In this document: in pieces, positions 1-9,774 of the stretch
Numbering within the stretch: the stretch's first letter is position 1
Layout: every line of letters begins with the position of its first letter
Assembly: GCA_046052125.1 (NCBI GenBank)
Contig: JBJOMY010000002.1
Coordinates: 320,001-384,000 of the forward strand
Reading direction: 5' to 3'
Length of the DNA: 64,000 bases
From: Cyanobacteriota bacterium
Lineage (GTDB): Bacteria > Cyanobacteriota > Cyanobacteriia > PCC-6307 > Cyanobiaceae
Position numbers and translations under genes: made by a program
Notes under the pieces: generated by a model
Database searches by the model: none
What the model was told of the DNA's origin: nothing
The model's input: only the letters and a program-made list of their open reading frames with translations

Positions 1-565
1 TGGCAATGAAGCCCGCCTTAAGGATGCGCACGGCGAAGGGGGTGCCGTGGCAGCGCAGCAGCAGTCCCTCGCAGAAGCGCAGTAGGCCCGCTTTGGCGGC
101 GCCGTAGTGATAGTTGGAGGGGCGGCCGCGATCGGCTGCCACGGAAGAGAACACCCAGAGGGCGCCCGGCTGCTGAATTCGTTCGGGTGACACGATCGCC
201 GTGAGCCAGGGGATCAGGCCGGTGAAGTTGGCCTGGGTAATCGCCTGGGCTTCAGCGGCATCGTTGCGGGCTAGCTCAGCATCGCCGAGGCTGCCGGCGG
301 CCACCAAGTAAAGGTCGAAGACCTCGCTAAAATGGGGATGTCGGGGTTGTGGTGCGAGCAGATCCACGGCTGCGCAGCTCACCTCTGCGCCGAAGCGCTC
401 GCGCAGCTCACTCACTAGAGCCAGGTTGCGCTCGAGATTTCGGGCCAGAAGGTGGAAGCGGCGGCAGCCGCGCTCGGCCAGGCCGCGGCAGATGGCGATG
501 GCCACTGTGCTGGTGCTGCCGAGCACCCAGGCGGAGCGGATGGTTGGGCCTGTTGTTTTTGTCAT
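1..565 (-). CDS. Short-chain dehydrogenase/reductase, DprE2-like; runs off the window start
   Basis: Not in the ORF track. Manual translation from ATG at 565 (ATGA overlap with the upstream stop) gives MTKTTGPTIRSAWVLGSTSTVAIAICRGLA...SSVAADRGRPSNYHYGAAKAGL, with an SDR Ser and YxxxK. Confidence 0.85.
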   Translation of the reverse strand, partial: MTKTTGPTIRSAWVLGSTSTVAIAICRGLAERGCRRFHLLARNLERNLALVSELRERFGAEVSCAAVDLLAPQPRHPHFSEVFDLYLVAAGSLGDAELARNDAAEAQAITQANFTGLIPWLTAIVSPERIQQPGALWVFSSVAADRGRPSNYHYGAAKAGLLRFCEGLLLRCHGTPFAVRILKAGFIA

Positions 566-1497
566 GCCAGCCATCCCATGCGGTGGCCCATGCCTACCAT
601 GATTGCGGTAGTGAGCCAGCCCAGCAGGGTGAGTTGAATTCCGCGGTCGCCCAGGAGGATCTCCTCCGGTTTCTCGCAGTTGCGATCGGGGTAGCGGGTG
701 GAACGGCGCTCGGTTTCTTCTGGATCGCTGAGCAGCTGGTAGCGGAAGATCCCCACGATCACGAAGGGCACAGTTAGCAGCATCCAGCTGGTGGAGGCGC
801 CGCGCAGGGTTGGCCCAGCGCTCCAGAGGGCGTAGGCCATGAAGGCACTGCTGGCCACCAGCGATTCCAGCCGCTGCAGCAGCGGTAGTGAGTAGCGCAG
901 CAGCACCTGGCGGGTGACCACGCCCCGATCCAGGGAGATGCGCAGCTCAGCTTTGCGTTTCTCCACCGCCAGGAACAGCGCCAGCAGGCCGATGGTGAGC
1001 AGAAACCAGGGAGAGGCCCCCAGCCCTGTGGCCACAAGGCCAGCCAGGGCCCGCAGCAGAAAGCCGGAGGCGATGCAGAACAGATCCAGTAGGGGCTGGC
1101 GCTTGAGCCCCAGGCAGTAGGCGATCTGAATCACGGCGTAGCCGGCGATTACGGCTGCAAGGCCGGGGGTCACGGCCGCGGCAATCAGCAGGCTGATGAT
1201 CGTGATCAGTGCTGCGGCCTCCAGAGCGATAGGCACCCGCAGGGCTCCGGAGGCGATCGGGCGGCGGCATTTGCTCGGGTGGGCGCGATCGGCCTCGCGA
1301 TCGATCACGTCGTTGAGCAGATAAACCGCGCTGGAGATCAGGCAGAAGGCAACTAAAGCTTTAGTGGAGCTCCACCAGATCTGCGGTGTGAGCTGGAAGG
1401 AAAACAAGGCCGAGGCATACACCAGCAGGTTCTTGGTCCACTGGCGGGGCCGGCAGGCGGCGATCAGGGCTTGGATCAAAGCGTTGTGATCAACCAT
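562..1497 (-). CDS. UbiA-family decaprenyl-phosphate phosphoribosyltransferase
   Basis: RPRQWTKNLLV, YLLNDVIDREADRAHPSKCRRPIASG and KRKAEL motifs, multiple TM segments. ATG 1497 overlaps the upstream stop (ORF track extends to 1545). Confidence 0.9.
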   Translation of the reverse strand: MVDHNALIQALIAACRPRQWTKNLLVYASALFSFQLTPQIWWSSTKALVAFCLISSAVYLLNDVIDREADRAHPSKCRRPIASGALRVPIALEAAALITIISLLIAAAVTPGLAAVIAGYAVIQIAYCLGLKRQPLLDLFCIASGFLLRALAGLVATGLGASPWFLLTIGLLALFLAVEKRKAELRISLDRGVVTRQVLLRYSLPLLQRLESLVASSAFMAYALWSAGPTLRGASTSWMLLTVPFVIVGIFRYQLLSDPEETERRSTRYPDRNCEKPEEILLGDRGIQLTLLGWLTTAIMVGMGHRMGWLA

Positions 1498-3157
1498 TGG
1501 AGGGCCGATTTTCCCATATGTCCACCGACCGAAACGGTGTGCCAATCCGCACGTTTTGAAGTGGTCTTCCCTCCAGGGCGAGGGGGAATGAAGCGTCGAA
1601 ACCTAAGCTTACCCTTTTTAATTTGTAGGCATGCATTACATCTGATCTGTTTTTGTTGACTGGTGAAGCGAGTTGCGGAGAAATCCCATAGTTGGCTATT
1701 ATGTAGAGCCGCTCTCTGGGGTTGCTTTGCTCGAAAGCCCACCCGCGAAGCCTCAGGGAATTAGAGCCTAGTGTTTCATCGTCGATTACATGAAGGATTG
1801 CGCCCGCTCCTCGTGGTTCTTTTGAGGTTTGTAATTCGTGATGCCATCCAATAGGTTTAACGTCTAAAGCACCCTTGAAATATTGATCAACGTAGTTCTT
1901 GTTTGGAAAGATCTTCTGGCAATGTTCGATAAGACGAATTTCCTTCTGCTTAAGTAAGTTCTGTTGGGCATTGCAGGCAAAACTTTCTCGGTGCTGCTCA
2001 GCGAAGTCCTGAGCTTCAGCCCAAGCCCCCGAATAACTCAGGCTACCAGACTGAAAAGCCTGCGGGAAGGATCCCAAAGTGGCTAATAAAACGAGGAACC
2101 CACCTAGTAAGGGTGCATTCCTTCTTCGGATCTGGTCATCAATCAATGCTAGAGCCAGCAAAGCTGAAAGCCCCAGCATCAAGCTGTGGCTTACATATCG
2201 CGACGAGTTTGCTTGCTCTAGCCCGAATCCCGCTCGCGAGAGGGTGATCATCCCAGCGAAGAGAAGGCTGAACAGGCCGGGCATCAGCACCGATGGCCAG
2301 TGCTCTCTGGCGATGGTTTGACGACGGCCAAGCAGCACAGCTGCGATTACCACACACAGCACGGCGAGCCCTTGCCAGGGCCCCCCTAAGCTGGCTTTCA
2401 GGAAGTAGCCGAGCTGGAAGGTCAGTTCCGGATGTTGCGAAGGTTTGGCGTAGTGCAATAACCCATAGAACGTGATACCTGCCAACCCAGTGGAGATGCT
2501 CACCAAGATCCCGAGGCGGCGGCTGTGCAGCCAGCTGCAGCCTGCAAATGCTAGTGATACAGCTAATCCTTGCCCGGAGCTGCTCAGAGCGATCCAGGGC
2601 AGCAGCAGGGCACAAACGTTTTGGAGCCTGGTGGCTGTCGAGGCGCGCCCTGAGGATTGAACATTCAGAAGTAAGGCGCAGGCAAGCACTAAGGCATTAA
2701 TCAGAAACCAGGGCGTTTGGAATTCCCAGCTCAGGTTTTCGTATTGCCAGGGATTGAGTAGAATCAGCCAGCCAGCCAGGGCGGTGATCAGCCGTAGATC
2801 GAGTCGATGTAGTAGGCGATGACATAGCCAGCACCACAAACCGGCGCAGCCCAGGATCAGAGCCAGGTTCTGAAACAGGGCGCTCTGGCCTGGCGGGATC
2901 TTCAGCACTTCGGTTTCAACCATGCTGGCCGCCTTGGCCCACACGATGCGGTGTTCGTTGTGTTGGGCTGTGAGCCAACCCAGCAAACCCTGCGCACCAT
3001 CGCGTTGCACGAAGGCGAAGCTGTCGCCATAGAGATGTGGCTCCTGCCATTGGGCGAGGGCCAGGTTGAAGATTGCCAGCGAACCATGCAGGATTCCTGC
3101 AAGTAGCAGCCCAGCTATAATTAGGGTAGCTGGTTGTTGAGCAAGTTGTCTTCTCAA
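1490..3157 (-). CDS. Polytopic membrane protein, putative GT-C-type glycosyltransferase with C-terminal soluble domain
   Basis: About 10 hydrophobic segments, QHNEHRI and WQYENLSWEFQ loop motifs, SSRY motif. Overlaps the ubiA-like gene. Function inferred; start uncertain. Confidence 0.6.
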   Translation of the reverse strand: MRRQLAQQPATLIIAGLLLAGILHGSLAIFNLALAQWQEPHLYGDSFAFVQRDGAQGLLGWLTAQHNEHRIVWAKAASMVETEVLKIPPGQSALFQNLALILGCAGLWCWLCHRLLHRLDLRLITALAGWLILLNPWQYENLSWEFQTPWFLINALVLACALLLNVQSSGRASTATRLQNVCALLLPWIALSSSGQGLAVSLAFAGCSWLHSRRLGILVSISTGLAGITFYGLLHYAKPSQHPELTFQLGYFLKASLGGPWQGLAVLCVVIAAVLLGRRQTIAREHWPSVLMPGLFSLLFAGMITLSRAGFGLEQANSSRYVSHSLMLGLSALLALALIDDQIRRRNAPLLGGFLVLLATLGSFPQAFQSGSLSYSGAWAEAQDFAEQHRESFACNAQQNLLKQKEIRLIEHCQKIFPNKNYVDQYFKGALDVKPIGWHHELQTSKEPRGAGAILHVIDDETLGSNSLRLRGWAFEQSNPRERLYIIANYGISPQLASPVNKNRSDVMHAYKLKRVSLGFDASFPLALEGRPLQNVRIGTPFRSVDIWENRPSNG

Positions 3158-3344
3158 GTTTGCACGAAAGCGATGGAACGATTTGGGAGTCGGGCGCTTC
3201 GGTGGAAACTATTGCCTCGGGAAGCGCTGGGACCCTTGTGTCCTCCAGATATCTTTGTAGTGAGTGCACACATGAATGGTGCGGTTGCTTGATCGGACTG
3301 CGCGGAAGCACCGATTAAGCTAAACACACATGGGGGGCTTGGCC

Positions 3345-4445
3345 ATGCAGGATCTCTTGCCACGTGGCACCGCTCGAGTATTGGTTACTGGCGGTGCCGG
3401 CTTCATCGGTGGAGCGGTGGTACGCCGCCTTCTGGCCGACTCTTCGGCACGGGTGTTCAACCTCGACAAGCTTGGCTACGCCAGCGATCTCACCAGTCTT
3501 GGTGAGCATCCCCGCCACACCTTCCTACAGGTGGATCTGGCCGATCCCCGCACCACAGCAGCGGCGGTAGCGAAGGCCGATCCCGATCTCGTGATGCACC
3601 TCGCAGCCGAGAGCCACGTGGATCGCTCTATTGATGGGCCTGGCGCCTTCATTGAGAGCAATGTGAGCGGCACCTTCAACCTGCTGCAGGCGGTGCGCTC
3701 CCACTGGGAGCAGCTGCCGGCCGAGCGGCGCGAGCGCTTCCGCTTCCATCACATCAGCACCGATGAGGTGTTCGGCTCCCTGGGTCCTTCTGGGCGGTTC
3801 TCGGAAACCACCCCATACGACCCTCGCTCGCCCTATTCGGCCAGCAAGGCAGCAAGTGACCATTTGGTGAGCGCCTGGCACCACACCTATGGCCTGCCGG
3901 TGGTGCTCACCAACTGCTCCAACAACTACGGCCCCTGGCAGTTCCCCGAGAAGCTGATCCCGGTGGTGATCCTCAAGGCCGTGGCCGGCGAGCCGATCCC
4001 GCTCTACGGCGATGGCGCCAACGTGCGCGACTGGCTCTACGTGGAAGACCATGTGGAGGCCCTGCTGCTGGCGGCCACTCGCGGGCGTCTGGGCGAGAGC
4101 TACTGCGTGGGTGGCGCCGGTGATCACGGCAGCCCCAGCGAGCGCACCAACCGTGATGTTGTGGAAACGATTTGTGCCCTGATGGATCAGTTACGGCCCG
4201 AGGGTGCTCCCCATATCCGCCTGATCACTCGTGTGAGCGATCGGCCTGGTCACGATCGTCGTTATGCAATCGACGCTTCAAAAATCACCACTGAGTTGGG
4301 CTGGAAGCCGCGCCACAGCTTTGAGCAGGGTCTGGAGGCCACGGTGCGCTGGTATCTCGACCATCTCGAATGGTGTGAGGCGGTGCGTGATCGGGCCGGC
4401 TACCGCGGTGATCGGATTGGCTTGACTAGTCCCTCTGCCGCTTGA
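3345..4445 (+). CDS. rfbB: dTDP-glucose 4,6-dehydratase
   Basis: GGAGFIG, HLAAESHVDRSI, HISTDEVFG, YSASK, NCSNNYGPWQFPEKLIP, DRPGHDRRYAID. Confidence 0.96.
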   Translation: MQDLLPRGTARVLVTGGAGFIGGAVVRRLLADSSARVFNLDKLGYASDLTSLGEHPRHTFLQVDLADPRTTAAAVAKADPDLVMHLAAESHVDRSIDGPGAFIESNVSGTFNLLQAVRSHWEQLPAERRERFRFHHISTDEVFGSLGPSGRFSETTPYDPRSPYSASKAASDHLVSAWHHTYGLPVVLTNCSNNYGPWQFPEKLIPVVILKAVAGEPIPLYGDGANVRDWLYVEDHVEALLLAATRGRLGESYCVGGAGDHGSPSERTNRDVVETICALMDQLRPEGAPHIRLITRVSDRPGHDRRYAIDASKITTELGWKPRHSFEQGLEATVRWYLDHLEWCEAVRDRAGYRGDRIGLTSPSAA

Positions 4446-5311
4446 GCTTGAATACACACGCTGTTGTGATACCTCTCTATGGAGAGGCGCCCCGTGATCT
4501 GGAGGATTGGGTGCAGGCCCTGCAACATGCGGGATTGAAAGTGGTGCTGGTACAGAACAATTCCGGCCATCTGTCGGCCTTGCCTGCCGCGCTGCAGCGA
4601 CCCAACCAGCGACTGCGCCTCATCGACAACCAAAATGTTGGCGGCGTGGCCGGCGGCTTCAACCGCGGCGTTGATGCGGCCATTGCTGGCGGCGCTGAAT
4701 GGATCACGCTGCTCGACCAGGACAGCCGGCTTCTTCCAGAGGATTTGCATAGGCTGCGGGAGCCATGGGTCGGGTTGACTCAGCCGGCCTTGCTGGTGGG
4801 GCCGCTGATCTGGGATGGCCTGCGAGAGCGCCTCCACGCCATGGTGAGTGCTATCAAACTGCAGGGCTATCTGCACACGCGCTTGCTGATCAGTTCCGGC
4901 ACCACCTTCCGCGCGGCCGACTGGCCCCGGCTGGGACCGATGGCTGAATGGTTGGTTGTGGATTTCGTGGACTACATCTGGTGTTTCCGCGCTCAGGCCA
5001 GGCAAGGCTTCCGCCTGATGCAGCACCCGGAGGTGCGGCTGGTGCAGCGATTTGGGCGCTCGCACCCCAACCGTCTGTGCCGTTGGTTGGGGATGGAGCT
5101 CTACACGCCAAGCCGGCACTTCTACCAGTTGCGCAACCTGCGTTGGCTGCTGGAGCAAGCCGAGGTGCCGCTGAATTTGCGCTGTAAGGAACTGCTCAAG
5201 ATGCTGCTCAAACCTTGGCTTTGGTTACTCTGTGAGCCCAGGCGCCGCGAAAATTTTGCCGCGATCCTGGCGGCTTTGCGTGCTCCGTTACCAGGTGTCG
5301 GCTCCTTCTGA
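4442..5311 (+). CDS. GT2 glycosyltransferase, rhamnosyltransferase-like
   Basis: NVGGVAGGFNRG, LLDQDS, LISSG, VDFVDYIWCFRA, RHFYQLRN. TTG start overlaps the rfbB stop. Confidence 0.85.
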   Translation: MSLNTHAVVIPLYGEAPRDLEDWVQALQHAGLKVVLVQNNSGHLSALPAALQRPNQRLRLIDNQNVGGVAGGFNRGVDAAIAGGAEWITLLDQDSRLLPEDLHRLREPWVGLTQPALLVGPLIWDGLRERLHAMVSAIKLQGYLHTRLLISSGTTFRAADWPRLGPMAEWLVVDFVDYIWCFRAQARQGFRLMQHPEVRLVQRFGRSHPNRLCRWLGMELYTPSRHFYQLRNLRWLLEQAEVPLNLRCKELLKMLLKPWLWLLCEPRRRENFAAILAALRAPLPGVGSF

Positions 5312-6159
5312 TGGTTCAGAATTCGCCATATTCAGCTTTGATGCCGCTGGCGCCTTGGGAAGCGCCTGCGATCGTGGCAGAAGCGCTTGAGAGCCTGCGG
5401 CAACAGACGCTTTCTCCGCAGCAGGTGGTGGTGAGTTGTGATGGCACCCCGCCTCCGCCACTGCGCTGCTGCCTCGAGGCCTCTGGCTTGCCGATTGAGG
5501 TGTTGTTAGGGCCGGGCTCTGAAGGTGTGGGTCCTGTGCTCGCCCGGGGTTTACTGCACTGCCGCGAGGAGCTGGTTCTGCGTGTTGATGCTGATGACCT
5601 TTCTCTTCCGGAGCGGGCGGCCCGACAGGTGAGCTGGATGGAGAAGCACCCGGAGGTGCTGGTTATGAGCACAGCGATAAGCGAATTCAGGAATAGACTT
5701 GACCAGCCCCTGCTCCAACGGTGGGTGCCATTAGGTCCGGAGGAGGTCCGCCGGGTGGCGCGGTGGCGCAATCCTCTCAATCACCCATCAGTGGTTTTGC
5801 GTCGAAGTGCCGTGCTTGGTGTAGGTAATTACCGCTCAATTCCCGGCTTTGAAGACTATGAGCTCTGGCTGCGACTGCTTCGTGATCATGGCCCTAGTGC
5901 GCTGGCTAATCTTCCCGAGGCTTTGGTGCTCGCTCGGGTAGGTGCGGCTCACTTGGGCCGCCGCCATGGGTGGCGCTATGCCCTCGCTGAGGTTCGCTTC
6001 TTGCTGCATTGCGGGCGCAGCGGATTATTGCCGGCCTGGAGTGTGATTCGCTCGTTGCTGGTGCGGGTTCCTTTGCGGCTTCTGCCGCAGAGTATTCTGA
6101 TGCGAGTCATGGAATCAGCTACGCGCTCCGCAGGTTCTCAGTCCAGAGGGAGCGTCTAA
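5311..6159 (+). CDS. GT2 glycosyltransferase (AmsE-like)
   Basis: RVDADDLSLPER, RNPLNHPSV, FEDYELWLR. Confidence 0.88.
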   Translation: MVQNSPYSALMPLAPWEAPAIVAEALESLRQQTLSPQQVVVSCDGTPPPPLRCCLEASGLPIEVLLGPGSEGVGPVLARGLLHCREELVLRVDADDLSLPERAARQVSWMEKHPEVLVMSTAISEFRNRLDQPLLQRWVPLGPEEVRRVARWRNPLNHPSVVLRRSAVLGVGNYRSIPGFEDYELWLRLLRDHGPSALANLPEALVLARVGAAHLGRRHGWRYALAEVRFLLHCGRSGLLPAWSVIRSLLVRVPLRLLPQSILMRVMESATRSAGSQSRGSV

Positions 6160-6181
6160 AGTTTCATATGGACTTTCGCTT

Positions 6182-8089
6182 ATGAGATTTACAACCTTAC
6201 TTCAACGTGTGAGCGTCTTTGTTGATGCGCTGAGTAGGAATCCTCGGAAATTGATGCTCGTGCCGAGGTACGTGCAGCGCATGTTGCGTGAGGGTCCGGA
6301 CGAAACGCTGCGGCGGCTTCGGCGGATCACCGATCCCAGGCGCTTCTCTGTGGATTATGAGGCGTGGCGAGCGGAGTTTGGCACCACCGCCGCTGAAAAA
6401 GCCGCCATGGCTGACTGGGCGCAGGCATTAGTAGATCCGCCAATCATTGCGGTGCTGATGCCGGTTTTCAACCCCAGGCCCGAATGGCTGCAGGCGGCGA
6501 TCGAATCGGTGCGCGCCCAGCTTTATCCCCATTGGCAGCTCTGCATCGCGGATGACTGCTCAACCGATCCGCGTATTCGTCCGCTGCTGGAGGCGGCCAT
6601 GGCCGCTGATTCGGGCATCCAGGTCGTGTTCCGCGAGCGCAACGGGCATATCTGCGCCAGTTCGAACAGCGCTCTGGAGCTGGTGCAGGCTCCCTGGTTG
6701 GCATTGCTCGATCACGACGATCTGCTGCCGGATGAAGCCCTCATCTGGGTCGCCAAGGCAATCACCGATCACCCAAAGGCAAAGCTCTTCTATTCAGACG
6801 AAGACAAGCTCAGCCCAGCCGGTGAGCTGTTTGATCCCTACTTCAAGGGCGATTGGAACCCCGTGCTAATGGAAGGCCAGAACACTTTCTCGCATCTGGG
6901 TGTGTACGCCACTGATCTGGTGCGCCAGGTGGGTGGGTTTCGCGAGGGCTTCGAGGGATCCCAGGATCATGATCTAGTGCTGCGCTGCAGCGAACAGCTC
7001 CGGCGCGAGCAGATCGTTCATATTCCGCGTGTTCTGTATCACTGGCGGGTGCACCCTGACAGCACCGCCGCTGGCACAAAGGCCAAGCCTTACACCCTAA
7101 AGGCTTCGATGCGCGCAATCGCGGAACATTTGCACCGCCGTCGATTCTGTCTGCAGCAGCCACCGAGTTGGAGCCCAGTGGGTTTCAAGGCCCAGCTTGA
7201 CTTGCCTGATCCGGCGCCCCGGGTAAGCGTGATCATTCCAACCCGCAACGGGCTGGAGGTGCTCAAGCCCTGTCTTACAAGCTTGCTGGGGATCACGCGC
7301 TATCCAGCACTGGAGGTGTTGGTGGTGGATAACGGCTCTGATGATTCCGCCACGTTGCAGTTCCTCACGGACCTGGAGGGGAAAGGCAAGATCCTGGTGT
7401 TGCACGATCCAAGCCCGTTCAACTACTCAGCCCTGAACAACCGGGCTGTTGAGCAGGCCACAGGTGAGTTGATCTGTTTGCTCAATAACGACATCGAGGT
7501 GATTGATGCCGGCTGGTTGGAGGAGATGGTGGTACAAGCCATGCGGCCTGGCGTGGGTGCCGTGGGTGCGCGACTGCTCTATCCCAATTCCACTATTCAG
7601 CATGGTGGCGTTCTCCTCGGTGTCGGCGGTGTGGCTAATCATGCCCATCTCGGCTTGCCAGGTGAACATCCGGGATACTTTGGACGCGCACAGCTCACCC
7701 AGGAGATGGCAGCCGTCACGGGTGCGTGCCTACTTGTGAGCCGAAGTAACTATTTTGCCGTGGGCGGACTCGATGCCGAAAATCTGAAGGTGGCCTTCAA
7801 TGATGTGGATTTCTGCCTGAAGCTGCGTGAGCAGGGTCTGCAGAACGTGTACGCACCTGCAGCCAAACTGATCCATCACGAGTCGGTGAGCCGCGGTCAG
7901 GATCTGAGCCCTCAGAAGGCGGCACGTTTTGCTGCTGAAGTGGCCTGGATGCAGCAACGTTGGGGTGAGCAGTTGCTCCATGATCCGGCTTACAATCCAA
8001 ATCTAAGTGTGGACAATCCTAACTTTTGCCTTGCATGGCCGCCGCGGCTGGAGCGATGGCAGCTTATTGAGTCAGCATGTGCAAGCTGA
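6182..8089 (+). CDS. Two-domain GT2 glycosyltransferase (O-antigen polymerising type)
   Basis: Two GT2 modules: VLMPVFNP...LLDHDD...GSQDHDL and VIIPTRN...LLNNDIE...AFNDVDFCL. Confidence 0.92.
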   Translation: MRFTTLLQRVSVFVDALSRNPRKLMLVPRYVQRMLREGPDETLRRLRRITDPRRFSVDYEAWRAEFGTTAAEKAAMADWAQALVDPPIIAVLMPVFNPRPEWLQAAIESVRAQLYPHWQLCIADDCSTDPRIRPLLEAAMAADSGIQVVFRERNGHICASSNSALELVQAPWLALLDHDDLLPDEALIWVAKAITDHPKAKLFYSDEDKLSPAGELFDPYFKGDWNPVLMEGQNTFSHLGVYATDLVRQVGGFREGFEGSQDHDLVLRCSEQLRREQIVHIPRVLYHWRVHPDSTAAGTKAKPYTLKASMRAIAEHLHRRRFCLQQPPSWSPVGFKAQLDLPDPAPRVSVIIPTRNGLEVLKPCLTSLLGITRYPALEVLVVDNGSDDSATLQFLTDLEGKGKILVLHDPSPFNYSALNNRAVEQATGELICLLNNDIEVIDAGWLEEMVVQAMRPGVGAVGARLLYPNSTIQHGGVLLGVGGVANHAHLGLPGEHPGYFGRAQLTQEMAAVTGACLLVSRSNYFAVGGLDAENLKVAFNDVDFCLKLREQGLQNVYAPAAKLIHHESVSRGQDLSPQKAARFAAEVAWMQQRWGEQLLHDPAYNPNLSVDNPNFCLAWPPRLERWQLIESACAS

Positions 8090-8724
8090 TGCTCTTACCC
8101 CACCACACAAGGAATAGCCTAACGCTAGTTGTTGTCTTTCACCACGTTGTTCAGTAGCCAATGAGGTGTGAGGTCGCTACCGGTTAACGGGGCACCGCCC
8201 AACACAGAGCTCATGCCCCATGCATACACATGCCCGTCTGAGGCAGTAGATCACCATATTATTTGACTGTCCCATCTTAGACCCTGCTGGTGGAGTGGGC
8301 GTATTCGATAACCTTTGAGACCTCAAACGAGCTACACAACTGGCTACCGAGTTACTAGGAATCTATAATGGTCGCTGTGTCATATGGCTCTCGATGGCTG
8401 TACCCCTATGCAGCTCCGTGGACTGTTGCGGATTTCTGAATGACTTGGTGAGAAAACACACTTAATCCATAGAAGGTCGCAACGTGATGATCGGGCATGC
8501 CTTCAACCGAGCCCCCGGATTTGCAGATGTTGTCTTTGGTGCGATCTTTCGGGTGCTCTGCTCAATGCCATCGAGAAACTCTTCGAGGCCGACTGTATTC
8601 TTTGTGCCCTCCACTCTGATCCGAAATCCTGATCGGGTGATCATTATCTGGGAGTAGAGCCCGCGGACTGATTGATGTGCGAACATGGGCTCTAAAGGCC
8701 ATGCATCAGTCATTGCTCGACTCG

Positions 8725-9774
8725 TCAGTTCATTGAGATATAGGAGTTTAGCTTATGTACAAGCCCTGAGATGAGTCTTTTGGAGGCTCTAATTGGTCTT
8801 GTTAGTCTCCATGACAAGCTCCCGGTTAGTTGATTAAGCATGGAGCGAAACATGTCTAGTTCAGTTCTTGCTCTGTCTAATTCAGTCTTAACTGTTTCTA
8901 GTTCATGATTAGATAAACTGAGTTCGCTTGATAAACGGTCCAACTCGCAGACTGCATCGAATAGGCTTCTCGGCCTATTGCTTGCCTGAGGAAAGGCTGG
9001 CATTGAATGACCTAGGCTCTTAATTCCTTCTGCCACTTGCTCCTTATACCCTCCCATTGTTCTTTCCTTGATGCGAGAAAGGGAGCCTGATGATGCTTTC
9101 CTGATAACGCACATAGAGTCGTAAAACTCTATAGATAAAATATTCTGCAAAAACTCCTGACTTACTAAGCAGCCATGGATACTGGTTATACTGTTAATGT
9201 ATTCATGAACCTGAATATCCTGTCTGTACCAATGACCAGAGTTTATGCAGTCACATAGAGCTTTAAAAAATTCCATTCCAGAGTCTGGGCGGCACAGCCC
9301 GCCTCCCCATTCGCTCCAGTAACAGCAGTGAAGGTCCTCGGCAATATAAATGCCGCCGGGCCTTAGTTTTGGAAAAAACTCTACAAATGATCGAACTATG
9401 TCGCGGGAGGTATGAGATCCGTCTTCAATAACTATGTCTAGACTGTCCGTGACTGCCTCGATCTTCTGAACGGTAGTGGAATCCGTGGCGTCCCCAATGA
9501 TGACATGAATACGAGGATCATCAAACGTAAGGCGAGCGCATTCCTTATCGATGTCGCAGCCTATCAAGTTACGTGCACTTGAAAAATACTGCGCCCAAGT
9601 CTCAAGAGAACCTCCATTTTGAACCCCTATTTCAAGTAGACTAATGGGTTGTTCTCGCCACTTGGAAAGCAATCGATTGTAGACTTCAAGATACAGGTCC
9701 CATTTGTCTGATAGCTTTCCATTGGATCTGCAGTGAATCTCTGCCAAGTCCGGGCGGTGATTTAGCATGATCAC
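8725..9774 (-). CDS. Class I SAM-dependent methyltransferase with C-terminal coiled coil; putative glycan chain terminator
   Basis: LLEIGVQNGGS, DIVIEDGSH, GGIYIAED, heptad region ELDRLSSELSLSNHELETVKTELDRARTELD, then SLSWRLTRPIR. Confidence 0.8.
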   Translation of the reverse strand: MIMLNHRPDLAEIHCRSNGKLSDKWDLYLEVYNRLLSKWREQPISLLEIGVQNGGSLETWAQYFSSARNLIGCDIDKECARLTFDDPRIHVIIGDATDSTTVQKIEAVTDSLDIVIEDGSHTSRDIVRSFVEFFPKLRPGGIYIAEDLHCCYWSEWGGGLCRPDSGMEFFKALCDCINSGHWYRQDIQVHEYINSITSIHGCLVSQEFLQNILSIEFYDSMCVIRKASSGSLSRIKERTMGGYKEQVAEGIKSLGHSMPAFPQASNRPRSLFDAVCELDRLSSELSLSNHELETVKTELDRARTELDMFRSMLNQLTGSLSWRLTRPIRASKRLISGLVHKLNSYISMN

